Part shown: piece by piece, positions 26,978-40,607 of the stretch
Numbering within the stretch: position 1 is the stretch's first letter
Layout of the letters: every line of letters starts with the position of its first letter
Source: Mobula hypostoma
Taxonomy: Eukaryota
Length of the DNA stretch: 64,000 nt
NCBI RefSeq assembly: GCF_963921235.1
Contig: NC_086106.1
Location: forward strand, 93,000,001 to 93,064,000
Direction of reading: 5' to 3'
Made by a program: the position numbers and the translations under genes
The notes under the pieces: model-generated
What the model was told of the DNA's origin: nothing
Databases searched by the model: none
Seen by the model: the letters and a program-made list of their open reading frames with translations, nothing else

Positions 26978-28090
26978 AATGCTTAAGTGAGAATCCTGTT
27001 CTTGGACTACAGTTCAGCATTCAACACCATAATTCCCTCCAGCCTCAATAAGAGCTCGGAGACCTCAGTCTTCACCCTGCCTTGTGTAGCTGGATCCTGG
27101 ACTTCCTGTCAGATCGCTGGCAGGAGGTAAGAGTGGGCTCCCTCACCTCCCCGCCTTGGACCCTCAACACAGGGTCCCCCAGGGCTGTGTACTAAGCCCC
27201 TTCCTTTATTCTCTGTATACCCATGACTGTGTCACCTTCCACAGCTCCAATCTGATAATCAAATTTGCTGATGACACTACACTAATTTGCCTAATCTTGA
27301 ATAATAATGAGGCAGCCTACAGAAAGGATGTCATCACCCTGACACAGTGGTGTCAAGAAAACAACCTCTTCCTCAATGTCGCAAAAACAAAGGAGCTGGT
27401 TGTGGACTACAGGAGGAATGGAGACAGGCTAACCCCTATAGCCATCAATGGATCTGGGGCTGAGAGGATGAACAGCTTTAAGTTCCTCGCATCACCGAGG
27501 ATCTCACGTGGTCTGTACATACAGGCTGTGTGGTGAAGAAGGCACAACAACGCCTCTTTCACCTCAGACAGTTGAAGAAGTTTGGTATGGTTCCCCAAAT
27601 TCTAAGAACTTTTTATAGGGGCATGATTGAGAGCATCCCGACTGGCTGCATCACTGTCTGGTACGGGAACTGTACTTCCCTCAATCGCAGGACTCTGCAG
27701 AGAGTGGTGCAGACAGCCCAGCACATCTGTAGATGTGAATTTCCCATTATTCAGGACATTTACAAAGACAGGTGTGTAGAAGGGGCCCAAAGGATCATTG
27801 GAGACCCAAGTCGCCCTAACCACAAATTGTTCCAGCTACTACCATCCAGGAAACGGTACTGCAGCATAAAAACCAGGACCACAGGCTCCGGGACAACTTC
27901 TTCCACTCGGGCATCAATCTGCTTAATTCATGCTGACACCTCAGTATTTCTATGTTATATTGACTATACTGTTGTACATAATATTTATTATAAATTACTA
28001 TAATTACACATTTGAATAGAAATGTAATGTAAAGATTTTTACTCCTAATGTATTTGAAGGATGTAAGTAATAAAGTCAATTCAATTCAAA
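26978..28090 (+). mobile_element. Rex1/Babar-type LINE, 5'-truncated
   Basis: [14 protein letters not shown]; [48 protein letters not shown]; KKAQQRLFHLRQLKKF; AATAAA(TCAAT)n tail ~28069-28090. Confidence 0.92.
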
Positions 28091-28747
28091 TTTAGCAAAT
28101 AACTTCTCAGCTACCAGCCTTCCAACCTGAATGTAAGTTGTAGATTTAACTTAAATGAACAAAGGTTCCTAAAAGCCTTGAATCACAGACAAAAAATGCT
28201 GATTAAAATTAATATTGATATCTGTCATGTAGGTCTGAAATAGGAGTGTGAAGTTTGTGTGTGGTTTCAAAGAAATCATTGTAGATGCTTTGTAAATATG
28301 GAATTTTCCTTTAATGTTTTCACATAAAATATTGAGCCCCACATTAGGCCAGCAGACCTTTCGACCGAAGGGGCCTTAGTATGAGGCAATGTTGTATATT
28401 GTTCTACCGAATAAAGAAGCTGCTTCATATCTACCAGTGCTCTTCTCTGCTGACTTCATGCAACAACAGATGTAACAATTTAGACTGATAGAAAAAGCAA
28501 GAGAAACTATGTAAATGCAAATATAAATGTATACATAAAGCATATATAAATGTTTATGTAAAGACACTTACAGTATATGTGGAGCATATGTAAAGACACT
28601 TAGGCACAAACACGGCAATGGAGAAACACCTATATACACAAAAATGCATTGAGAAAACTAAACAGAAATGAAAGAGTATAAAACCCATTCTTAGGATTTT
28701 GGAAAATCCTGATGGTCTGCTGATGGGTCACTTTGCCGATAGTCCTT

Positions 28748-28981
28748 TGAAACTCATTGGGGCTCTGGTTTACATACTCCTGTAACTCACCAGGGCCCTG
28801 AATCTTGTGTTCCCCTGAAACACGCTGGGTCCTAAGTTCCTGCGTTCCCATAAAGCTCCTTGGAGACTCTGTTCCCATGTTTTTCTGAATTTCCTGAGAC
28901 CCTATTTCCTGCTTTCCCCTGAAATTCACTGGTTTCACCATACTCGCTCTCAAAGAAACTCACCAGGGCACAGTTCCTGTG
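28748..28981. repeat. Degenerate minisatellite, ~7 units of 33-35 bp
   Basis: Units begin TGAAACTCA/TGTAACTCA/TGAAACACG/TAAAGCTCC/TGAATTTCC/TGAAATTCA/AGAAACTCA and mostly end in GTTCCC-like blocks. Confidence 0.65.
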
Positions 28982-31900
28982 CAGCATTTACTTAATGACT
29001 TCACTAGAAAATCTAACATAATACCATGTCACGAAACAGAATGTTAAGCGTATTTGGGTATTAATAGAAAAAACATCCAATAGTCCAAAAAATCTGCCAG
29101 TCCAGCATCATCCAAAATCTGTGAATGCTGGATTTTGTGTTGGAAGGTTTCAGTGATTTGAGCCAAGTATAGGCTAGTTTGGGAGGGCAGCAGTGTTTAG
29201 AGATCAGCAGGAATAGAAGAGCAATGCAAAATACAAACTCTTGTACGAACTCTAGCAGAATCATGAAATTATGAATTTAATTTTGTAGGACATTAATTTT
29301 CTAAATCAAATACCTCCCTCAACCAATATCTGTGATATAGCTCAGCATTAAATGTTAAAGCTCCTGATCTGCAATGTGAGGAAAAGGAAAATAAAATATA
29401 TGGATATGTTAGAGGGAGGTGGAAGGGAGGTCAAACAGTCCTAAATGAGGAATGGATTCTGATGAATTATACTATAGTATATTGAAAGCTGTTTGACAAT
29501 ATGATAGAGACATTGGAGGATTAACACACAAACTAATGCTTCAATTGGCTTGTTCTAATATGAAAAGACTGGGAGCAAGGAGACATTTCATGGCTTGTCA
29601 TTATGTCTGCGAGAAAAGGAAAAGCTAAGAAAACATTAAACCAGACAGCATGACAACATATCACTTAACACAAAACTGAACTACCCCTTTTCTCCTTAAC
29701 AAGGTGATCGAAGGGGTTGACTTTCTGTGAACCTTGACAGACTGCTGTTCTGAGTCTTTTGAACTTATCTGTCATATACTGGCAATCTTGACTTTTCTAG
29801 GGTTTGCACAAAAAGACAGAAGATCTTAATTTGAGTCATAAGTGCTGGAAAAGGAGCATGTATCATATATAGAGATTTAAGTCAAGTCCCTGTAGTATTT
29901 TAATGCAAGAAAGCTTTGTAGATTACATTTGCATTCTAAGAATGTGGTGGATAAAAAAATTATATTCTCAACCGCAGACAACAGAGATATCTCAGGAAAA
30001 AAAAGAATTATTTTTATAACTTTTGTTTATGTATTTAAGTGCTCATAAAGACAAATCTTTTGGGCCAATGTGCTGGTTCAGCCAAGAGGTTGAAATGCTG
30101 TCTCACACACTTGAAGAGCATTAAATCCCAGCACTGATACAGTGGGGCAGAAATTTGTCCTTGTTCACTTCCACTAAAACCCAACCCAACATTTCTAATA
30201 CTCCGTTCCATTAAAATCACGTGGCATCTCAAGTAATTCCACCTATCCTCAATGTGTCAAGGAAGCCAGGTTCTGTCATCTCCTCCTGTATTATCTGTGT
30301 TAGGAAAGTTAAAACACACCTGGTTGTGTAATGTTGTTCATTGAAAACCTGCACGATGCAGATATCAACTACTAATCATGGGATTTGATGGGTATGAGCT
30401 AGTAATATGACAATTCAAGACAATGTTGACCTGAACAGCTAATGCCTTCAAAGCAATCTCACGGTCTGGTTGCAGAAGTTCTGTCATAGCTTATTGGTAA
30501 CTCAATCTCCATGCACAGATCTCACAGACAAGTTTAAATATAAAAGATTTTTGCTGTGTCAATAAATGAATGCAAATGTCTGGCTATTCAAGTGGTGAAG
30601 ATATTATTAAACTAGCTTTGTCTGCATCTACTTATTTCCCATTCACTCCACCAGCAGCTGCAATTGCAGAGGGATTCCTAGTTCTACACCATAAGTGTTC
30701 ACTAGTTTTAAGACAATCACTCTGAACAATAGTCACATCTGAGTGATATGCAGCCTTACAAAGCTGTGCTTAGATTCAATCATAGAAATTAATGAAGAAG
30801 AGACGAGGAAAAGCATTGATTCACATTTATAGCAAAATTTCTTTTGGTTGATTTTGGTCCCATCATTCAAAATGTATTTACTTCTGTTGGTGTGCAACTT
30901 TAATGAGGTTTTGAAAGAGTATTACTTGATCTATAACCTAAAAATGAAAATAGAATTAATATATTTCAAGTTTTCATAAGCCTATCACCTACGTGCAGTA
31001 ACCATATGACCCACTGACTTCCAGTTTCAGAAATTTCCCACCACATTATGCCATGCTATGTGCAATAGAGAGCCGTCAGACTTCAGCATGTCTAATACAA
31101 ACAAAGCAATCTGCATCTGAATAAAATGTTACGATTTCTGCTCATGAACAGTGAGGTATTGGGACAGGAATATTTAATGTTCCTTACGTGCCCTGTCACT
31201 GGAAATCCTTGCCCTTTAGTGGTGGACTTGGAAAGATCAATCTTGCTGCTGCCAGACTCCCCAAGGTGAAACTGACAATTTTTTTTATCTGCGCCATTAG
31301 TGATCTGAATGCTTGAAAGTATTCACCAGAGTTTGGAGAATGTGACCAAAATCTTTGTCCGTTGCGTTCACATGAAAGTTTTGCAGCCACTGACTGAGAC
31401 ATCTGTCTCCTGCCATTAGATCTCCAATTGAAGGTCATATTGTTGGCTTTACAGAAAGAAAGACACTAAGAAGTAATTCATGGTGTATGTTTGTGTGTGT
31501 GCACAGTATCTCACTTTCTCTGCCTCAAACATTCTCACGTTCTTAATCATACACAAGAATAGAAAGTCAGCAAAACAAGCACACAGATGCATAGCTAAAA
31601 ACAAAGATACAAAGGAAAATCTATTCAGAGATCCACAAGCAATTCTGACCTGCAAATAATTCAAGTATATTAATGGTGATAACCTGCTTCTTTTCCAGAG
31701 TTTGTCCCAATCAGACACTTCCAATATTATGTTGATGAAAAGGAATATTTGGTGAAATTAATCCCACATTCTGTTAGCAAGGTGGGATTCATCATCTCTG
31801 TTAGTGCACAGCTGTTTATACTGCTAGGAAAAAAAACCATTATCATGTGGGAGATAATGAGGCCCTTTGTGGCCCTTTGTGACTGCAGTTTTACTTGCCT

Positions 31901-32554
31901 AATGCATGGTAAATCTTTCAAGTGGTTTGTTTTAATGGTGAACAACAGGGTTTCTCAGAGAGGCATATATTATGCATAAGGACATCTGTGTCACATTATA
32001 GTGATAATGTTTTCAGTTACATACTGTGGCTGCAGATGACAGTTTATCTTATGTGCGGTTCTATGCTTTATTAATTGAATATACGGGATGAAAAGGAGTC
32101 TGCACACTTTTTCAAGTCAAAGTATGATTTTTGTGTATGTTATTAAACTTGTTCTTGACAAAGAGATGTGTTAATATTGGGAAATTGAATATTTTTTCCA
32201 TTTTGGATATCAAGCACGTTTTAGTACTGCACAGGTTGCAAGTGACTAAAGTCATCTTTCTTTCTATAATGAGCTTCTTTAAGCTTTGAAAACACATTCT
32301 CCTAAGGTAGTGATTTTGTTTTGAGTGAGAATTCCAACTGAATGCCAAATTAGGAACAGAACCATGCTCTTACTCTTTGCCAATCAGAAACTGAATTATA
32401 TCTTCTGAAGGTCGCCTTATTTACTTATAGATATCGGGGAAAGCAGACTTTTAACCCAACAGTCTAAGTTGTATTTGAACACAGTCTCAAGGACTCAAAA
32501 GACAAGTATCTAATTTACTGCATCCTGAAAGCATGTGCAGATTGCACTTTAGTT

Positions 32555-32750
32555 GCAGATTATGTCAAAGCTTTTCCGATATCTAAGCAGTAATAAACTT
32601 TGACAAGCTTATCATCCATTTCCAGGCAGGTGGCTTGATTCAGACAGAAAGTAGAGACAGAAAACACATCGCCAAACATTACTTTTCCATGATTTATGAT
32701 CTCAAAATATTTAAAGGGACAGTAACATGCTGGGATCCCTGTCAATTTCT
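32555..32750 (-). mobile_element. Very old CR1 RT fragment
   Basis: ORF 32560-32745 ends MDDKLVKVYYCLDIGKALT, resembling VD.G..VDVIYLDFSKAFD. Confidence 0.45.
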
Positions 32751-34404
32751 CATAGGATTAAGATCCGTGGGTGAATTTGCCTGAAGAAAACTACAAAAAC
32801 ACAATGTGGTTTGGACCACAGATTTAGGAATGGCAACACAAGGGATTAAGTAGAAATGTTTTGTGATCATTTGTGTTCTCTGTTCTCTCCGCCTCAGACT
32901 AAGTTATGAGCAAAATCATTATCAGTTTATTCTAAAAAGTGATATTTTCATTCTCATCTGCTACAATGTGTATGTCCTTTCTCTCTTTAAAAATTACCAA
33001 CAATATATACTCCATTATTACTTAAATTCATTTCAGAATAATCAGCACCAAGTGGCACATGGAAGAATGTTCTTATTCTTGTAAAAGTGTATTTGACTTA
33101 CCCTGAGTAATAAAAGAGAAAACCCACCAGTATAATAGCTCATGAATTTGGTAGTTGCATCCATCACGTGTTTAGAGCTATATTTTGATGGATGTCATGA
33201 CTCACTGAATTGAGTCCTCATTGCTGTTGCCAGCTTCTCAATAAAGGTGCAATCAATATGCTAGTCACAACTGGTAACCACAAGCAGCCATCCCCAGACA
33301 GCACTTACAAAAGGACTCTTCACCTGAGCTGGGATAAGTAACCACAGGAATTCGACAATCAAGCAAGGTGCCAAACCTGCTGATTGCTAACAAAGATCTC
33401 ATCACTTAGGAATGTTTTACATGGTGAGGTGATCTGTATGCAATGGCTTTTCGTTCACATGAGTTGGATTCTTCCAGCTCGCCTACTGCTCACTGCACCG
33501 CCAAACCAGATACCAAAAAGGATGAATGTATTAGAAGGAGAATTCTGTAGATGAGTTGGATAAAGACATCCATAGTGTTCAGATTTTACATGGAAATTGT
33601 TTTTTAAAAAAGCAGGTTATCATGGAAAATAAGATTCATGCATATGGTTAAAAGATAATAAAAGTTACCTAATTTACCTAAACAGTGAAAATGGAAAAAT
33701 TGATGCTTATGAAGAGGGAATGAATGAAAGGAAAATTTGCAGTATGTTAACACTGCTTATAGACTAGATGGATGAGCACCAAGCCACAGAAGATAACTTG
33801 TAACAGAGGGCTGTCATCCCTTGGCCACATCCATTCTAACACCACATTTCAGATTTTCTAGACATGACCTAACTCGTTTATCAACAAATTTTAGCTTAGG
33901 GAAATTGATTGTAGAAGAAGGTAGGAAATGTAAGTTGCCATAGTTTGTTGGGAAATTAGGAGAAACTGTACTTACACAGTTTTTCACAGATTTATTTTTG
34001 TAAAATTAATGGCAGCTGTTTGGACACGGGCCACTGAGGAAACTTCTGCTATCACCATTCAAGTTGTCCTAAGAAATTATGGGATATATTCAAGGTATCG
34101 ACTAATCTATTGATTTTAGAAAACTTTTTGACTTAAAACTCTATTGAATCACACCATGCTAATGCACACTAAACAATAGAACATTATTAGAAGATTGATA
34201 AAAAAGATTGGGAACATAATTCAACTTTATTAAAATGCTTTCAGCTCATCCATGCATTACTGCACAGAGATGTCCTGACATGCATAATGCATCCAACTGT
34301 ATATAAAGCACATTTCTTGGAAATTTATTCATATATATGTGGTCTGTTGTCCCCGCAGAATCATGCTTTGTTCTTGAACATGAGACTTACTTAGGCAATA
34401 ATTG

Positions 34405-34642
34405 CAAGTTACCTCCAGCCTCCTTCTTATCCTGGCCTTCCTCTCCCTCCAACTTTTAATTCTGGCCTTTCCCTCTCACCATTTCTTTATTCTGGCATCT
34501 TCCACCTTCCTTTCCAATCCTGAAGAAAGGCCTGAAACATCAATAGTTTATTCATTTCCAAAGATGCTGCCTGACTTGCTGAGTTCCTCTAGTATTTTGT
34601 GTGTGTTGCTTTGGATTTCCAGAATCTGCAGTCTTTCTCATG
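34405..34642 (+). repeat. PLE terminal-repeat fragment
   Basis: Pyrimidine-rich run, then CTGAAGA-aaggcct-GAAACatc, gatgctgcctgacttgctgagttcctctagtattttgtgtgtg. Confidence 0.75.
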
Positions 34643-35044
34643 TTAGCAATTATACAATACATTCATTCTACGGAATCAGGAACAGGGAATTGACTAGAGA
34701 TAGATGCCTTTTAAACAAAGATCTTATTAATCTCTGTAGGTCTCTGTCAGGTGCTTCCTCCATTCTGACCAATTTTATGAAGTTAGAACATAATCTAAAC
34801 CATTATCCCACCTCCCCAACATGTCATAGAACCCAGTTGTGATCCTCATCACTACCCCTCCCTAGCAGCTGATCATTTCTTAGCTGATGCCTAATCTGAC
34901 ACTCTATTAACCGACTTCTTGCCAGTGACCTATCTCCAAAATTATTTCCTGTGACCTTCAAACTGAAATCTATGCCTTTCCTGAATCTTCCATGTGTTCC
35001 ACAATGGAAATTCTCCAGTCTTGCATTCAGTCTCAATACATCCG

Positions 35045-35650
35045 AGGTCCTGCACCAAATTGCTCTGACTCTACATTGTTACCTGTTAGCATAAGCATTA
35101 ATGGCACCCAGATTAAGACAGCTTCAAGTGCCCAAGAAGCATCATTTCTTCTGAAGACAAACAATTTCAGTGTTTCCACTTTGCTCTTTGGCATCAAATA
35201 GCAGGACAACATGACAACCTTGAGAAGTCCTGGACAGGACTGGCTTAGTCAGCATGAAGGTAGTGATCCTGAGGGTACAGATGCAATGAACTGGCCATGT
35301 ATGAAGTTGTCCTGAGTGACACACCAAATTATTCATATAGTTCTTCCTCAAAGTCACCAGAGCCATGGCTAGCATGCAATGATTGTATCAATGAAAGCCT
35401 CGACACTGTGGTGTTCACGCAGGAGCGCTGGAGTTCTGTGCCCAGGACAGAACATGCTGGTGTGCTTTGACCAACTTTGAAGGCAGCTGATGGGGCTGAG
35501 TTACCTGATCTGGACAGCACACAAGACCTCAGTATCTGCAACTGCCTCGGGATTTTCCCCATGCCCTCACTGTTTATGAGTGTGTGCCTCCAAGTCCAGC
35601 CAGCCACTTTCAGGTTCATCAATGAAGACTGCACAAATGACGTCATTGAA
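35045..35650. mobile_element. Old RTE-clade fragments (plus ~35045-35345; possible second fragment on minus ~35345-35650)
   Basis: Plus: ISINGTQIKT, then GIK*QD..EVLDRTGLVSMKVVILRVQMQ*TGHV (RTE C-terminal W.D...N.EVL...RW.GHV). Minus: a DTEVL motif. Confidence 0.55.
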
Positions 35651-37907
35651 CTGAATAATCAAATGACAAATTTATGCTAGCTACGAAGTTGCACATAGCT
35701 TTGAAGTGTGTACTAACATAGAGGGATATTTTACATTGTGTCTAATTACACTTTAACTGCTCCAGATGAAGAAATATTGGAGGAACATTGCTCAATCTTT
35801 CCTTGTATGAATGGATTACATTCTACTGACAAAGTCAGTTTGGGTTTGGGTTTCCCTGGCTATACACAGGGCTGTCACAAGGCTTAAATGGAAAAAAATG
35901 AATGGAACATGTTCAGGGCAAGTACATGTACACTGTACTGAATAAACAAAAGTCTAACCAATGAGTATGAATGAACTTTAGAGAAATGCAAAGACAGAAA
36001 TCTTGTGAGTCTGGATAACAATACTTTCCCGTCCTTCCCTCTGACTACTACCCCAGCATTATGTATCATTTCTCGAAGTCAAAGGGACAACTAAGAACAA
36101 AGAAACCTTGCTCACTTATCAGTATTTGAATTTGATACTGATTTTTAATAACATTTTTAAATTTTTTCTTAGCAGAGTATAGAACTGAGAATTCTCTGCT
36201 GGATATACAGCTTGGCAAAACTATGCATAAAATTTTATGCCTGTAAGAATATCTAAAGCTGAATGGTAGACCCTCAGTCTCATTAATGAAAATACTTCTT
36301 AAAGTAAGTTTAGTGAACAATGCCTGGAGCACTGCAAACCTAGTTTCTGATTGCAATGTTCATTGTAAAGGGTTAACTTGATTCAGAGCTTCCATCAACA
36401 GATGCGTCATTCTGGAGCCAACTCAATGCCAAACAGACCTAATCTCTTACCTCTCAGGGAGGATGGTCACCTGTTAATCATTAGACAACTGACAAGCGTG
36501 AGTTTGAGCTTCTGCTCTGTAGACCAAAGTCAGCAAGGGTTCCTCATGAATTGTGTGGTGAGCAGAATAATTTACATTAAGAAATGTGAATGCATTTCCA
36601 TCATCTTATTCACAATAGCATACAATGAATAAAACAAGGTTTTTAGCAATCATGTTTAACCTTCTTCTCAAATCTCCAGTACTGCTGAAGTTGGTCGTAA
36701 GGATCACAGCAAATAAACAAGCCTCTGCTATTGTAAGCTTTCACTCCAGAACAAGCCATACCTTGAGCTAAGCTGCCCTGTGCAGCTGCAACACTTGTAT
36801 CACTGAAAGTTGAAGGTTGACCAGATATGACATGTACACAAGATGAAGGATAAATCCAATACAACCAATTACCACCCCAGCAGACCACGCTAAGTCATCA
36901 GCCTGCCAGCGATAGTAGCATCCTGTGAATGATTTTAAAAAGTAGTCATTTCACATGCTGAAGTTCCTGAGCTCCAGCAGCTGCCTTCCCGCTGGCAAGC
37001 CTTGGATGTATAGAGTGCATGTTGCTACATCTGACCTCCAGGTAATATCTTACCGTAGTTGAAGAACAGATGGTACCTATGGAATTGGACTTCACCAAGG
37101 AGGCACTGCCTTCAGGAAAAGATGAGAGATTTGGCAAAAAAAAATGGACACAGCACGAAGCATAAATGTGGCTAAAGGTTGAGTAGAATTCAATCTGTTC
37201 AAACCTAGGTATAATTTTTCACTAGTGAAGTGGATTTTTCCAATCTTTGAGCTTCTGCCTTGTTGCTGTGGGATTTGCTGTTGGGAGCTAATACACGTTT
37301 GGATTATAGCCAGTGAGGGGGAGGGACGGGTATCTCCTGCTGGTTACAGTCCTTGAGAGAAAAAAGGCAGCCTCCGAGCTGGAGATTGTGGAATTATCGT
37401 GACTGATTGACAGATCATATTACCCTTTTACCTCTATCCTTCCCAAAGTCAGCAGGATGTCGGCAAAAATCTAATGGCCAATTTCAAATTGCAACCAGGT
37501 GACATATTTTCATGGTTATCCCAACAAAATGTTGGACAATCTAATAAATGAAGATGTCACCTTTGTTCTCTTTTAGTGCCCCCCATACTGCTGTAACACA
37601 CTCTGCAGCATGAATAAAATTTGGTTGACTCTGGAGATACTGCCACTAAATCATAGATAATTTCCCTATTTCTATTCCACTTTCATGGAAATCCTTTCCA
37701 AACAACTGCTGCAAGATAGAAAGAGGTCAGTGATCTGTAAAGGGCAGACAACTGAATCCACCCACCTCCTTCCCTATTCTTCCCTACGAATTCTGGTGCC
37801 AATAACCTCTGCGCCCTCAGAAATGACAAGTTGGGCAATTAATCCTTTGCACTAGACTTTGGTTGAAGTTGACATTAACGACTGATTTTAAAATATATTT
37901 TACAACA

Positions 37908-38075
37908 TTCCCTGATAGTTTGCATTCCAGGGCCTTAAAAAGTGTGGCTGCAGAGATAGGAAATGCATTAGTGATAATCATCCAAACTTATCTGGAATAT
38001 TTGTAGTAGATTAGAAAGAAGCAAATGTAACACTGCTGTTCAAGAAAGTATGGAGTTAAAAATACGAAATATGGC
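37908..38075 (+). mobile_element. Old CR1 ORF2 fragment
   Basis: PDSLHSRALKSVAAEIGNALVIIIQT...D*KEANVTLLFKK. Confidence 0.7.
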
Positions 38076-38337
38076 CTAAAAATTAAGTCATTTAGCACAA
38101 TTATTTTAATCATCTAAAATCGGTTTTACCCAGTAGTGATCGCAATAGAAATCATTTCCAGGTGAATTTGTGCCAATCACATAACTGAATCAGGTACTTC
38201 TATGCACGATTCACATTAGCAAGCCTGATGTTTACCCGGCATCAGGCACACAGCTAATGACATTATTAGTCACGCACTGCACATTTCCATCTGTACCTAC
38301 ATAAATTGAAGCTCAAAACTCCACACAACAATTGTCT

Positions 38338-38801
38338 TTGAACAGTTTAAGTAAAATTAGGAGCACAACACATAACATTCTTGCTTTTTCCACGACAAAA
38401 GGGACACTGCTGAAATCAGAAACTTGATTGGAATGTCTCGGAATTGACATCAGTCTGTTCAAATACCCATCAAATTGACGTTTTTAATGTCTTAGAACAA
38501 AATGTTTTAGTGCTATGTTTTCCACCAAGCATTTAGCTGCTGCACTGTTCAGCCAATGGGTATCTCAGTTGTGGTGCTGCAAACAGCTGTCTAATACTGG
38601 AGGCTTTTCATCAGATATGTCAGGCCATTCAGGGAGGTCAACAAGGACAACTGTATTAGAAAAAAAGTAAATGAGTAGGGCAAAGACGTCCACAGTTCTC
38701 AGAATTTAAATAGAGTTGGGCTTAAAATATTGAACGGCTTAAATAAAATTAGGAGCACAACACATAACATTTTTGCTTTTTCCAAGACAAAAGGGACACT
38801 G
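38338..38801. repeat. 72-bp direct repeat pair (38338-38409 and 38730-38801)
   Basis: ttgaac(a/g)g(t/c)ttaa(g/a)taaaattaggagcacaacacataacatt(c/t)ttgctttttcca(c/a)gacaaaagggacactg; 5 mismatches, 320-bp spacer. Confidence 0.9.
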
Positions 38802-40607
38802 AGATGGGCAGATGGGCAGGTTACTGTGGAAAATAAGACTCATGTGCATGGCTAAACGATCTCATCAACCTGAATAGTGAAAATAGAAAAAGTAGTGCTC
38901 AAAACAAAGGGAGGAACAAAGGGGAACATTGCAGAATGTAAACACAGCTTACTGACAAGATGGATGAGCTCCAAACCACAGGAAATCATTTGTGATTGAA
39001 GAGCAGATATCCCTTGGACACATCCATTTTGACATAATGTATCAAATTTTCTAGAAACTGATTTAACTTCTTGTTTATCAATAGCTTTATCTCAGTTAAC
39101 ACTGAGGCATGTGCTATCCCGCAGGAGAACCTTGACCATGCACTTGGGCAAGGACTTCTCTCTGTGAAGGTCAAGATGAAGGACGGTGAACTTCCCTGAA
39201 GGCAGTTTCAACCGCATGCCATATTTCTCTATGTTCTGCTTATCACAGCATGAGGAAGGTTATCAAGGCTCTTTACTGGTAAGGTAATAGTTTTACTTGA
39301 CTTGATTACATTGAAGAGAAAAGGGTTCCTCTGGCAGAGGATCTAACCATAGTGATGGCTGCTCCAGTGCAGGCAGGCATTGTCAGCACTCCTGCCTTTG
39401 GGGGCTTTGAATATTTATCCAGACAGTGCTTCTAGATTCTAAATATACAACTGTGCCTGGATCATAAAATTTGTTATGATCAATACCACGTCTCCAGGTA
39501 GTAGTCATGATTTCTTGATCCAAAAGGATTTCATAATGCTGGACATTTTCTGTGGCTAGCACTACCCTAACGATGAACCCTGGGAGTCAAGGTGCATCCT
39601 CTGCTCGGCCTTGAACTGATACCAAACAAAGTGGAAGAAAAGAAAGGCAGTGAGAGCCTTCAAAGTATCAAAATTGTCCCTCGAAACGAGATTGATTTTG
39701 TGAAGATAAGTCTCCTGTGTCTGCATCAGTGCAGGTCATTCTGCACTACACCTTCTAGGTTTCCTGGTGATGTGGTGCTTGTCAACTTCAAACAGTAGCT
39801 GTTGTTGAATGAGCAACAATGAGAACCAGGGCATGGGGGCCATGAGACAGAGTCTGATGACCTACAGGGGCACCAGAGGCAGGAGGTTAAGGGACGTTAC
39901 CATGGGGATGACCCAGCTGAGGAGATGAGGAAAACATGCCTACACATGCTCTAAGGGACTTCTTTGAAGGGAGATTTTATCACTTGTTTCTTTTTTTTCC
40001 TGCAGCATCTGCAATCTGTTGTATCTTGTGTTTTATGGCCTTTTCCACACTGCAGTACAGTATATCAGTAATCAACTGGGACAGCCCAGATAATACATAA
40101 CACTCCCTAGCATGCCATTGTGCAGTTCCATCTGCACTAATGATAATATATCAATGAATGAATTGCTAGTTGTAGAATTCAAATGCCTTGTTAGGATCTT
40201 AATAACTTTTCATGGTGGTGCTGCCTTGCTTAAAGACCTACAATTTCTGCACAAAATACTTTCCTTGCAGTGGCTCGCTCTTTAGGTGTAAATATTGCTC
40301 AAGGTATTGAATGCTTTAGATTGCTGTTCAATGTTAAAGGAGGTCAGTCACCAAAAGTAATGCAATTAACAACATTTAATCAGAGTGGCATTCAATGGGT
40401 TGGGAGACACGTTGAGGTATAGCGCTAACATCTCAAAGTAGTGAGGACCACACTCACTCTGTGATGAGCAATCCTTCGTGAAATTTCAAATGAGGTTCAA
40501 TTTAAAACCAATATCCTGGTTGGCTAGCTTTCAAATTACAGAATGGGGATGAGCTACTTCAGCAGATAAACTAAATTTCACTTAGTTCACCTTGGATGTG
40601 ATTGCAG

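Noticed and set aside
28630-28953. 107-aa repetitive ORF, or a CRISPR-like array
   Set aside because: By-product of a degenerate minisatellite; no identical repeats with unique spacers, and the context is eukaryotic.
34402-34842. 146-aa ORF with signal-peptide-like N-terminus
   Set aside because: The hydrophobic start comes from the pyrimidine-rich PLE terminal repeat.
36760-37110. Possible two-exon minus-strand model (QCLLGEVQFHRYHLFFNY / GCYYRWQADDLAWSAGVVIGCIGF...)
   Set aside because: Splice sites are plausible but the peptide matches nothing I recognise; insufficient support.
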